Positions 53,992 through 64,000 of a DNA stretch of 64,000 nucleotides are shown here, in pieces. The notes beneath the pieces were generated by a model, which was not told the DNA's origin, ran no database searches, and saw only the letters and a program-made list of their open reading frames with translations. The first letter of the stretch is position 1. Each line of letters begins with the position of its first letter. Location of the stretch: the NCBI GenBank assembly GCA_964016885.1, contig OZ024758.1, positions 28,768,001 to 28,832,000 of the forward strand, written 5' to 3'. The position numbers were made by a program, and so were the translations under genes. Source of the stretch: Eledone cirrhosa (taxonomy: Eukaryota).

Positions 53992-54200
53992 CATCATCAT
54001 CATCATTTAACATCTATTTGCCACGCTAGCATGGGCAGGATGGGCAGTCCCTTTGTGAGAGATCAGGTCAGAGGACCTTGATTGGCATACACAGAACTGA
54101 TTTTGGCTTGAAGCCCTTCCTAACGCCAACCACATTTACAGTGTGGACTGGGCGCTTTTGTTGTGACACCGACACAACCACTTTATAGTGCAGGCTGGGC
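53992..54200 (-). mobile_element. 3' part of a SINE-like retroposon with (ATG)n tail
   Basis: (CAT)n TTAACATC..CCACGCTAGCATGGG and GCCCTTCCTAACGCCAACC, motifs shared with 654-1005. Confidence 0.7.
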
Positions 54201-54242
54201 ACTTAATGTCGAGGCTCCGAGGATCAACTTTATGGTGAGGGT

Positions 54243-54428
54243 GGGGGACATAGGTATAGGGGTGGTAAGATTACAGCAAGGGAGGTGTATGGGAAGGGAG
54301 AAGGTGTTGCCTACTTAGAAGGGGTGGGGAAGAAGCCTGGGAATTGGGGACATAGGTATAGGGGTGGTAAGATTACAGCAAGGGAGGTATATGGGAAGGG
54401 AGACGGCAGAAGAAGGTGTTGCCTACTT
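54243..54428. repeat. Two-copy purine-rich direct repeat (offset ~103 bp)
   Basis: GGGGACATAGGTATAGGGGTGGTAAGATTACAGCAAGGGAGGT..GAAGGTGTTGCCTACTT at ~54243 and ~54346. Confidence 0.85.
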
Positions 54429-54508
54429 GATATATGCCTCAGCTCAAGCATATGGGAGGGCAAGTCTTCTGTTATACTGTACAGCACCAGAGAACACAAT
54501 CCTGTGTT

Positions 54509-54760
54509 CATCACCATCATCATCATCATCACCGTTTTACGTCCGTCCTTCCGCGCTAGCATGGGTTAGACGGGTTGTCCTGTTGTGGGCAGTGTCCGGT
54601 CGGCTGACCTTGTCTTGCTCATACGGGAACTGATCTGGCTTGATTTCTACAGCTGGATGCCCTTCCTAACACCAACCTCATTTACAGTGAGTGCTGGGTG
54701 CTTTTTTGCCGTGGCACCTCCACGACCACTTTACAGAGTGTGCTGGGTGCTTTTACCGTG
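54509..54760 (-). mobile_element. 3' half of a SINE related to 654-1005, with (ATG)n tail and an internal 49-bp-period duplication
   Basis: About 54625-54732 matches ~52961-53069. TTTACAG..GTGCTGGGTGCTTTT repeats at 54681 and 54730. Confidence 0.8.
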
Positions 54761-55010
54761 ATATATAGATTGTTTTTAGTTTACAAAGCATTGAGGAAAT
54801 TTGAAAATTCATTTTGTTTTTTGAAGGCAGCCACAATGCAGGGGAACTATAAATAATAGACACATAGGTCATGTGCAGTACCTTTGGAGATGGGAAAAAT
54901 GGACAGAACGATCTGTAGACTATTCTGTCTACTTTTTTGCATCTTAACACTCTTGTAGTTAATGATGATGATGGTGGTATATATATATGTGTGTAGTATT
55001 TATATATTGT

Positions 55011-55178
55011 AGTTGGTGTTAGGAAGGGCATCCAGCAGTAAAATACCCGGTCAAATTTACAGTCCTTGCCATGGTACGACATGGCCAACTCTGGTCAGAC
55101 TTGCCTCCCAACATGGACGACCCATTTAATCCATGCAAGCAAGGAAAAATGGACGTTAAACAGTGATGATGATAGTGA
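55011..55178 (+). mobile_element. SINE 3' fragment with (GAT)n tail
   Basis: GTTGGTGTTAGGAAGGGCATCCAGC ... CCATGCAAGCAAGGAAAAATGGACGTTAAA. Confidence 0.75.
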
Positions 55179-55180
55179 TT

Positions 55181-55251
55181 TACAAGGATCAGCTGAAAAT
55201 TTCATAGGCTAGCTATGAAGGAGGGATGCTAGAGCTGTTAAATCTTGCATG
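55181..55251. mobile_element. Possible mariner-like terminal fragment
   Basis: TA-CAAGGATCAGCTGAAAATTTCATAGGCT resembles mariner ends (TACGAGGG..CTGAAAAGT). No partner end found. Confidence 0.35.
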
Positions 55252-55330
55252 AATTGGCAGTATCGGTAGAGGGTCGGACGCCATGCTTTGACGCATAGAG
55301 TTACGGCCCTTGCCATCCTGAGTTCAAATC
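55250..55330 (+). mobile_element. Isolated head of the Deu/Nin-type SINE
   Basis: GAATTGGCAGTATCGGTAG (A-box-like) ... GAGTTCAAATC (B-box-like). About 50 bp nearly identical to 1197-1246. Confidence 0.7.
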
Positions 55331-55510
55331 TATATATAAATTTCTGTGATTCTGTCACAACATGTAAAGAGAGAGGAGTAGTTTGACTACCTCATACTAC
55401 TCCTCTCTCTTAACATCTGCTGCCTGTGTGAATGTATGTGTGTGTAAAAAGAAGGAAGGGGTAGTGAAAAAACTACAGCAAAATAGTGGCTGGCGTTCTA
55501 TTTGTTATGT

Positions 55511-55950
55511 TGTGAACGTATGTGTGTTTGTGTGAATGTATGTGTGTGTTTGTGTGTGTGAACGTATGTGTGTGTTTGTGTGAACGTATGTGTGTGTTTG
55601 TGTGAACGTATGTCTGAACATATGTGTGTGTTTGTGTGAACGTATGTGTGTGTTTGTGTGAACGTATGTCTGAGTGTGTTTGTGTGAACGTATGTGTGTG
55701 TTTGTGTGAACGTATGTGTGTGTTTGTGTGAACGTATGTCTGAGTGTGTTTGTGTGAACGTATGTGTGTGTTTGTGTGAACGTATGTGTGTGTTTGTGTG
55801 AACGTATGTGTGTGTTTGTGTGAACGTATGTGTGTGTTTGTATGAACGTATGTGTGTGTTTGTGTGAACGTATGTGTGTGTTTGTGTGAACGTATGTGTG
55901 TGTTTGTGTGAATGTATGTGTGTGTTTGTGTGAATGTATGTCTGAGTGTG
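55511..55950. repeat. 22-bp (TG)n-derived minisatellite, ~20 copies
   Basis: Unit TGTGTGAACGTATGTGTGTGTT; AACG at 55561 and 55583. Confidence 0.95.
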
Positions 55951-55990
55951 TATTTCTCTAAGCATGTTTACACATTTATATTTATATACT

Positions 55991-56049
55991 AACCCATGCT
56001 AGCGTGGAAGATGGACGTTAAACAAAGATGATGATGATGATGATGATGA
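55991..56049 (+). mobile_element. Isolated retroposon 3' tail
   Basis: AACCCATGCTAGCGTGGAAGATGGACGTTAAACAAA(GAT)n. Confidence 0.7.
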
Positions 56050-56524
56050 TACTCATACATATAAATGTATGCATATACACATATACACATACACACACAT
56101 ACATATATGTGTCACCATGTTGAAAAAAATGTCCTAGAGTCTCAAACGTCACAAGCTGAAAGAATTAGTTTTGGTATTTTAGAATGTTATTCCATTCAGC
56201 TCTGGATGCAGTGACTCAATGAACCGGAACCAGGGGGGGGGGGGTGATATGGAAGAGAGTAATGTACAAGAGAGAGATAGGAGTAAGAAGGTGAAGTGAG
56301 AGTAAAGGACAAGAGCGAGTGGTAAACAGCTAACTGATGGTTGTTGGTAAGGAGATTGGATAGAAAGATCATGTTATGTGATGAAGGAAGAGAGAGAGAG
56401 TGTGAGAATGACAGGAGGAAGATAGGGTGATAGAAGTGGCACCTTTGGAAGTGAGAGAGGTGGGGGATATTGAATATGAGTGATAGAAGTGGGGGAGGGG
56501 TGAAATGTGAGAGTGAGGGGGTGA

Positions 56525-57214
56525 AGTTGGGTGTTGGTAAGAGAGTGGGAGTGATAGAAGAGAGTGAGATGTGAGAGTAGGAGTGATAAAAGAGGGTGTA
56601 ATGTGTGAGTGAGTGGGGGAGTTGGGTGTCGGTAAGAGAGTGAGAGTGATAGAAGAGAGTGAGGGGTGAGAGTAGGAGTGATAAAAGAGGGTGTAATGTG
56701 TGAGTGAGTGGGGGAGTTGGGTGTCGGTAAGAGAGTGAGAGTGATAGAAGAGAGTGAGGGGTGAGAGTAGGAGTGATAAAAGAGGGTGTAATGTGTGAGT
56801 GAGTGGGGGAGTTGGGTGTCGGTAAGAGAGTGAGAGTGATAGAAGAGAGTGAGGGGTGAGAGTAGGAGTGATAAAAGAGGGTGTAATGTGTGAGTGAGTG
56901 GGGGAGTTGGGTGTCGGTAAGAGAGTGAGAGTGATAGAAGAGAGTGAGGGGTGAGAGTAGGAGTGATAAAAGAGGGTGTAATGTGTGAGTGAGTGGGGGA
57001 GTTGGGTGTCGGTAAGAGAGTGAGAGTGATAGAAGAGAGTGAGGGGTGAGAGTAGGAGTGATAAAAGAGGGTGTAATGTGTGAGTGAGTGGGGGAGTTGG
57101 TTGTTGGTAAGAGAGTGGGAGTGATAGAAGAGAGTGAGGGGTGAGAGTAGGAGTGATAAAAGAGGGTGTAATGTGTGAGTGAGTGGGGGAGTTGGGTGTC
57201 GGTAAGAGAGTGGG
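56525..57214. repeat. 95-bp purine-rich minisatellite, ~7 near-identical copies
   Basis: GAGTGATAAAAGAGGG at 56581, 56676, 56771 through 57151. The + strand is almost C-free. Confidence 0.95.
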
Positions 57215-57510
57215 AAGGAGTTGGCTGTGGGTAAAGGAGTGGAAGTAACAGAAGAGAGTGGGTGGGTAGTAATTGTGAAGAGATGTCCAACCAGCAAAAT
57301 GGATGTTAAACAATGATAATGATGGTAAGTGAGGACTGAATGTGGACAGATCTGAAGCAATGTCATCTCTTGTTACATATGAGAGAGGTAGGAGGATAGT
57401 AGAGAGGGAGAGTGTAATGAGAAAAGGGGTAGGGTGGTATAGGGAGACATAAGATAATTATCAGAAGAAACCCAAATGTAGATACACGAGCCATTGTCCA
57501 TCTTCTAAAC

Positions 57511-57778
57511 CAGAGGTTCTCAAAGTGGGTCCTTCCACTCTCTGGGAACATTGAGAAGGTCCAGGGTGACGCTGGGGCCTAACGGGGCGGTGGGAGGCAG
57601 AGGAGATGATATAATAGTATATTAGATATCAAATGATACATATTATATATAAATATAGTAAAATAAAAAATATATAATATTTACAGTTTGTGTATAGGCA
57701 GGTTTCTCTGGAAACAGGCTTGGAGGCGCTGAGGGTATTACATGGATTGAGGCGGGGGCCAAAGTTTGAGAACCTCTG
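57511..57778. mobile_element. hAT (Charlie/MER5-like) MITE, 268 bp
   Basis: Perfect 14-bp TIR CAGAGGTTCTCAAA / TTTGAGAACCTCTG. 8-bp TSD TTCTAAAC (57503-57510) / TCCTAAAC (57779-57786). Confidence 0.9.
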
Positions 57779-57786
57779 TCCTAAAC

Positions 57787-59180
57787 CATCATTAGTCATT
57801 TTTACATCTGTTTTTTTCCATATTTAAGCTGGCTAGAACCTCTCCATCATAACACTTCACTCCATGTCCTTTGTCATCTCCTTTGTGAGTTTCAGCCTCT
57901 TGACATCACTCAGTCTTCTCTCCTCTTCTCTCTATGTCTTCCTTAGCCTCTCTTTTCAAGTGACTTCATCTATTTGAAGTGTATAACACTTTATACAACA
58001 TGCTTCCCTCACACATGTTACACACCCTGCTAGTACAATCTTCTTTCCTGGTCGCAGTAAAGACTTATCCTCTTCCATGCTAACTAAAACTTAAATATTT
58101 GCTATGGTTACATCTGATTAGGCGGTGAATTGGCAGAGTCGTTAGAATGTCAGATAGAATACTTTATGGTATTCATTCCAGCTCTCTGCTTCTCTGAGTT
58201 CAAATCACGCTGAGGTCAACTCTGCTTTTCATCCTTTCGAGGTCAATAAAAAAAGTACCAGCCTCGTACTGGGGTCGATTCTTCCTCTATATCTCTTTCT
58301 CATTTCCTCTCTCTCACTTTCTAGCTTTCTCTGGAAGAAATCTGCTGTACTCAGGCCTGGAGAGAAATGGGCTCTGCCAGGCTTAAAATGCCAAGAAACT
58401 CTCTATGTCAATATGGCGCCCCTACGACTCTATCAGGAGTTACTGCACCATACCATACATCTGATTACTCTTATACACAGTTTTTCTTTCAGCTTCTTTA
58501 TGCTTCATATTCATACACACTAACATTACATATCCAACAAAGCATGCTTACCTCATTTTTTTTCCAGCTTTCACAGATCCTCTGCACTCAAAGCCCTTGT
58601 CCTATTATCATGTAGCATCTCAGTACGTACACAATCAATCTGGCTGTCATTCTGAGTGAGACAAGCCATTTATTGCCAACACAGGTAGTAGCTACCAGAA
58701 CCTTTTCTATCTCATTCTTACTTTGGCAACTATGCTTTCAGAATACCTATTTCCACTGCTAGTTAGATCCCCTAAAGAACAAAAACTATCAACTACTTCT
58801 AGAAAGCCACCTGGGAATTTGAAAGGATTTATCTCATGTGTACTCTTACTGCTAACTATTCCTCTGTATGTGCCACATATAAAATCTACCTTCCTTATCA
58901 GTCTGTCTTATGCATCCATAGTTTGCTATAAGTACACCCTATGGAATTCCTACCTACTCATTTTCTGCATATCAAGTATAGACACTTTCCTGATAGCAGT
59001 AGGACCCTGACTTCTTCCCTGCTCACTGAAATGTTAGTCTTTGCTAAGGTTACTATTATGCGGCCCTTCAATTTTATGTTTTGTTTCTTTCTCTGTGTGT
59101 AATTTCTCTAATTTTTCTAGAGATTCTGCTATAAGAAGTAAACCATCAGCATCCATGAATAAAATTGAGTTGTGGAGTAT
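57787..59180 (-). pseudogene. Decayed RTE-group LINE reverse transcriptase 3' half, interrupted at ~58056-58446
   Basis: Manual minus-strand translation, in order: DADGLLLIAES (YADD site, ~59153), TLAKT, SGKCLYLICRK*VGRNSIGCTYSKLWMHK, EVVDSFCSLGD (~58799), CVRTEMLH..EKNEVSMLCWICNVS (~58633), QERRL, RLRKT, MTKD, then an (ATG)-like tail at ~57787. Confidence 0.8.
58121..58280 (+). mobile_element. Deu/Nin-type SINE nested in the LINE relic
   Basis: GGCGGTGAATTGGCAGAGTCGTTAG ... GAGTTCAAATC..GAGGTCAACTCTGCTTTTCATCCTTTCGAGGTCAATAAA..GTACCAG. Confidence 0.8.
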
Positions 59181-59261
59181 ATTGTTTGTGCATTAATCAT
59201 CAAATAGTTACTTATATCAATCAGTAGATATACAGGTCTAAAGTCTATCTCAAGTCCCTCA

Positions 59262-59513
59262 TCAGGCCAGTGCTTATCTTGGTTTCTATGGTGTGAAACG
59301 ACTGAGAGTACATAACTTCCCCTGGACAGGACACCAGTCCATCACAAAGTTAAATCCCCAGCTATTACTGGTACTCATTTTCAGCTGAGTATAATGGAGC
59401 TACATGAAATGAAGTGTTTTGCTCAAGAACACGACATACAACCCAGTCCAGAAATCGAACCCATCACATTATGATTTAAGCCTAACACCTTTACCACAAG
59501 GCCACCCATCTCC
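59262..59513 (-). mobile_element. CORE-type SINE with a different, V-domain-like 3' region
   Basis: Reverse complement: tRNA head, GGTTCGATTTC, TTCTTGAGCAAAACACTT, then GTGATGGACTGGTGTCCTGTCCAGGGG. Confidence 0.7.
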
Positions 59514-59544
59514 ATAGATATATAGGTAGTCTCCTATAAAATTA

Positions 59545-59806
59545 CAAGTTTGATACCCAGACCAGGCGGCCAGTTTGTGTCCGTCCTTGAGCAAGACAAT
59601 TCATTTCACATTGCTCCAGTCTGCTCAACTGGTAAAAATAAGTTGTTACTGTAACTCAAAAGGGCCAGCCTTGTCACACATCGATTTATACTGAATCTCC
59701 CTGCACATGTCTGTGGAATGTTCAGTCACATGTTAATTTTACAAACCAGCAGTTCTGGGGATTGAATCAACAGAAGCACTCATCATTGTCAGAAATGAGG
59801 GCAGTC
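59545..59806 (+). mobile_element. 5'-truncated CORE-type SINE, family of 101-415
   Basis: CCTTGAGCAAGACA..TTTCACATTGCTCCAG ... GGCCAGCCTTG ... ACATGTCTGTGGAATG. Confidence 0.75.
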
Positions 59807-59854
59807 CAATTCACATATATGTGTTTGCATGTCTTACAATGATTTGTTCTAGAA

Positions 59855-60174
59855 CAACGGTCACCAACCAGTGGTCCATATGGACCACTGGTGATCCAAG
59901 AGAAAATGTTGGTGGTCCACAGAAAAATTCGGACATTATTGGCAATTTTTATGTTTTATTGATAATAAAACAAAAATAATATTTGGTTAAAATATATTTT
60001 ATAACCCCCTAAAAAATGTTTTAAGAGGTGCATTTCATATTAATAAAATGGAAGTTCTCTGATCTTTATTTTACAAATGTATTTATCTTTTTTAAAAAAT
60101 TCATATTAGTGATCCACGGGATTTAAAATTATGAATTTAATGGTCTGTGAGGTCGGAAGGGTTGGCGACCGCTG
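59855..60174. mobile_element. hAT (Charlie-like) MITE, 320 bp
   Basis: TIR CAACGGTCACCAACC / GGTTGGCGACCGCTG (13/15). Perfect 8-bp TSD TTCTAGAA at 59847-59854 and 60175-60182, matching the Charlie NTCTAGAN preference. Confidence 0.92.
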
Positions 60175-60252
60175 TTCTAGAATAATGTCCCCTTAAAATA
60201 GATTCTATATCGTTTGTTTTCTTAAAATAATTATATAAAATTAATTCTACAA

Positions 60253-60334
60253 CCTTGGTTAGAGATTGAACTTGTCACTACACCATGTAAGCTATAAGAT
60301 CCAACACTCTTATCAACTGAGCCACCAAGACACC
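60253..60334 (-). mobile_element. tRNA-like head (SINE remnant or tRNA pseudogene)
   Basis: Reverse complement GGTGTCTTGGTGGCTCAGTTGATAAG..AGTTCAATCTC. A related A-box fragment lies on + at ~60454-60485. Confidence 0.5.
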
Positions 60335-61121
60335 AAAATGTAAAAAAATAAAGTATTAAAACATCAAATTTAAATATCTAAATAATTAGATAGTTATTTA
60401 CATAATTGTAAATACATATTTAAAATGGCTGCTTTAATACACAGATTTTGCAGAGGTCCAGGTGGCTCAGTCGGTAAGTGTGTTGTAATGATGAGTTTTA
60501 ATGTTAGATTAATCCTAAAATGTTTATTTCCTCAAGTTAATAATATATAAAAATCCACTGGAATATCTGAATAAGATAAATATTTAAAACAAGAGGTAAC
60601 AATTCTTTTTTAGTTTGTTTGTTATATAGTGGTAGCAGATTAAATAAGTAAATAATGTGTTCAGAAAAAAAAATTAGTTACCATAAATGGAATTAAAGTT
60701 GTTGCCTTTGACCAATTTTCATGGTCTCTTCATTCCAGTGAGTTTCTATAATCGGAAATCAATTTAACCTTTATGAAATGTCATCCTTACTTTCTAGTCC
60801 CAGCATATACTGTGTGAAAATACGTTTAACTATCTCTGACTGTTCTACATATATGGCTTACTTTATATATTTATTTTTGCCTGTATAAGTCACTAAGAGG
60901 AGATAATATCCACTGACCTCAACTGTAATTAAGAAAACAGTTACTAACATCCTACATCACTTTCATTGCCATGGAAACTGGGGACTTGTTTAGCAATTAC
61001 CTGAAATTATCTTCACTCTATTTCCAGTGTATCAGAAATTTATTCCTTTCATTTGTCTATTTCCCTTCACCCAATAAATACAACAGCCTGAAAAAGGCCA
61101 ACCATACAAAGTCTTTCTTCA

Positions 61122-61122
61122 A

Positions 61123-61165
<43 letters not shown>

Positions 61166-61259
61166 ATGTATATATATATATATGTGTGTGTGTGTATATA
61201 TATATATATATGTATATATGTGTGTATATATATACATATATATATATATATTTATATAT

Positions 61260-61304
<45 letters not shown>

Positions 61305-61316
61305 CATATATATATA
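61122..61316. repeat. (TA)n/(TG)n microsatellite
   Basis: Seen directly. Confidence 0.95.
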
Positions 61317-61568
61317 GGATAAAGATCCCATAACATCTTGTGGAGTGGTAGAGGCACCATCAAATAGCGTGTCTAGGACAAGTGAAGCCCACCCCCATGT
61401 CTGAACACAGACAATTTTTTCTATGGAGGCAGACTCGACCCCAATACAGAACTGGTTCCCGTAAAGCATTCTATCCAACATCTTAATGACTCTGCCAATT
61501 TACCTATATATATTTATATGAGAACATCGAGTGCTCAAACGGCCTACCGCATACGGAGTATGATATCA

Positions 61569-61789
61569 CAGAAAAAAGAGAACCAGTGTTGCGACGAATG
61601 GAATTTATTGGACATATTACAATCGTTTCTCTGGCAACCAGCTTGAGGCTCAATCGATGTAATGATCAAACCTGAGTCAGGTTCAATCACCACATCGATC
61701 GTGCCTCGAGAAATGATTGTCGCCAGAGAAACGATTGTAATATGTCCAATAAATTCCATTCGTCACAACACTGGTTCTCTTTTTTTCTG
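61569..61789. repeat. ~220-bp near-perfect palindrome (foldback) centred at 61676
   Basis: CAGAAAAAAGAGAACCAGTGTTG..TTTCTCTGGC mirrored at ~61723-61789; centre AACCTGA-G-TCAGGTT. Confidence 0.95.
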
Positions 61790-61877
61790 AGCTCCGGCCG
61801 TTTCGACAGCTGGATCCGACCTAAACCAGTACTCTGGTGCCTTATGGTCCACCTGGTTCCTTTCCACACTTTCTTTG

Positions 61878-61911
<34 letters not shown>

Positions 61912-62006
61912 ATATGCAAAAGTTCTATTTAAAATTGTTGGGATACAACAAGTAAATATTTTTATAACTGATATAAAGCACTCGACAAGTATTTTGAGTA
62001 GATATA

Positions 62007-62226
62007 CGATATTAATAAGTGGAAACTATATTTATAAAACCATATCCAGATGGCTTCCAAAATTAATGGTTGCATTTTAAAAGGGTACATCGAAGCTTAT
62101 TTGTAAAACTGTTATATATTGTATTTTGTCTGATGAAGGCATACCATAATTTAATTTGGTATCCCTGAAATATGTATAATGAAATAAATATGGTTTTATA
62201 AATATAGTTTCCATTTATTACTATCG
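62007..62226. mobile_element. TA-flanked MITE (Tc1/mariner-type), 220 bp
   Basis: About 39-bp TIR CGATATTAATAAGTGGAAACTATATTTATAAAACCATAT with 2 mismatches, and TA on both sides. Confidence 0.75.
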
Positions 62227-62260
62227 TATATATATATATATATATATATATATACGATAC

Positions 62261-62380
62261 GTGAAGGTGTGTGGCTGAGTGGTTAGAGAATTGTATTCGC
62301 AATCGTAAGGTTGTGAGTTCGATTCCTGGACCAGGCGATGCGTTATGTCCTTGAGCAAGACACTTTATTTCACGTTGCTC
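62261..62380 (+). mobile_element. CORE-type SINE 5' part, 3'-truncated
   Basis: TGGCTGAGTGG A box, GAGTTCGATTCC B box, GTCCTTGAGCAAGACACTTT. Confidence 0.85.
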
Positions 62381-62670
62381 CTTCTACCTGGAGTTGCGAC
62401 CGATAGATAGTATTAGCAATTGGAAAGACCAACGGAAACATTGTTCCCTCGGTCCGATTTGACAAAAAAGTCGATCGTCAAAGAATATATATATATATAT
62501 ATATATATATAGGTGTGTGTGAGTATGTATATATATTTATATGTATGTATATATAATATATATATATATCATCATCATCTATATGTAATTATATATATGT
62601 GTGTGTGTGTGTGTACGTATATTTAGCAAATCTGGTAAAATATAATCTCAAAAGCAAATATACACACTTA

Positions 62671-63696
62671 TAGAAGATAGTGGACCTGATATCACTGCTC
62701 TACACCAACACCAAAGCCCAAGTCATTACACCTGATGGGATGACAGAGTTCTTTGAGATACTGGTTGGAGTGCTCCAGGGAGATACATTGGCTCCCTACC
62801 TTTTTTATCATCGTAGTGGACTATTGTATGTGCCTTGCACTGGAGAAACACCAGGATTCTGGCTTTACTGTAGCACCGGCTCAGAGCAGGAGAGTTAAGG
62901 CGAAAAAGATATCGGATGCTGAATTTGCTGATGACATAGTTTTGGTGACAAATACAGTGAAGGAGGCAGAGGATTTGATGCAAGAGGGGGAGACTGTGTC
63001 GATGAGTGTGGGGCTGAGAATGAATGAGACTAAAACAAAATATCTGGTAGAGAATGTTGAGAAGCCAGAGGGGATCACTAATGTAGGCGGGAAGCCGCTA
63101 GAATTGGTTGAGCACTTCCTGTATTTGGGAGCAAAGATTGGGAATACGGAAGATGATGTGGTTGAGAGGAAGAGCAAAGCCTGGGCGGCGTGCCACAGCT
63201 TGAGATCGGTGTGGAAGTCGGACCTTTGTAAAGATCTGAAGATCCGCCTCTTCATTGCTGTAGTGGAGTCTGTGCTGCTGTACTGGTCTGAGACTTGGAC
63301 ACTGACCAAGAAACTCACTGAGATGGTGGATGGGTGCTACATGAGAATGCTGAGGATGGCTCTGAACATTAATCAGTATACACTGAGGATGAAGAACTCA
63401 GAGCTGTATGGGAGCATCCCAAAAGTCAGCTCAAAAGTGACACAGAGGAGACTGAGGTTAGCTGGACATGCTCACCGACATCCAGAGTTGACATTGCACT
63501 CAGTGCTCCTGTGAGAGCCCCTTCATGGACACACTGGAAGAGGAAGACCAAGGTTAACGTATGTTGATGCCCTAAGGACAGACACTGGTCTGTTGGAGAT
63601 GCAGGACATGGCAGCGATAATGAGGGACAGAGACCGCTGGAGAGAACTCGTCCATGGATCTCGGGAATTTTACCCGCCCTAGAAAATAGAATAGAA

Positions 63697-63697
<1 letters not shown>
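62671..63697 (+). pseudogene. 5'-truncated RTE/RTEX-like LINE: RT domain to C-terminus plus (AATAG)n tail
   Basis: GVLQGDTLAPYLF, a frameshift in the T-run at 62801-62807, then [31 protein letters not shown]. Premature TGA at 63512-63514; the frame continues [17 protein letters not shown] to TAG at 63680-63682. Confidence 0.93.

Positions 63698-64000
<303 letters not shown>

Noticed and set aside
55511-55950. Common origin of the 22-mer and the 46-mer (shared AACGTAT)
   Set aside because: Only a 7-bp match; chance is sufficient.
55498-57366. His/Thr/Leu-rich minus-strand ORFs
   Set aside because: Translations of the 22-bp and 95-bp minisatellites; open in several frames.
60253-60334. Functional tRNA gene (also 654 and 62261 heads)
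   Set aside because: A/B boxes present, but acceptor and anticodon stems do not close convincingly; others run into SINE cores.
61520-61870. Penelope inverted pLTR with hammerhead
   Set aside because: CGAAAC present on the - strand but no CTGANGA partner found, and no RT/GIY-YIG remnant.

Overview
Eukaryotic, gene-free, repeat-only window. The SINE/LINE landscape (tRNA-headed CORE-type and Deu/Nin-type SINEs, (ATG)n-tailed RTE-group LINEs, long TA/TG microsatellites) points to an octopus or other cephalopod genome; this is inferred from repeat motifs. About 78% of the window (1936-51814) is one head-to-tail satellite of a 46-bp unit (~1,080 copies; CATTAATAAGACCCTAA[GG/GA/CA]TGCTAACGTATCTGCAGGGTTGCTGCT). 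It has sharp ends, a hypervariable 2-nt site, nested higher-order duplications, and a predicted hairpin in every unit. The flanks hold SINEs, two hAT MITEs with 8-bp TSDs, a TA-flanked MITE, two different LINE RT relics, minisatellites and several long foldback structures. No host protein-coding gene is supported: the long ORFs are low-complexity artefacts, except the LINE RT at 62.7-63.7 kb. All counts and periods were read by eye.
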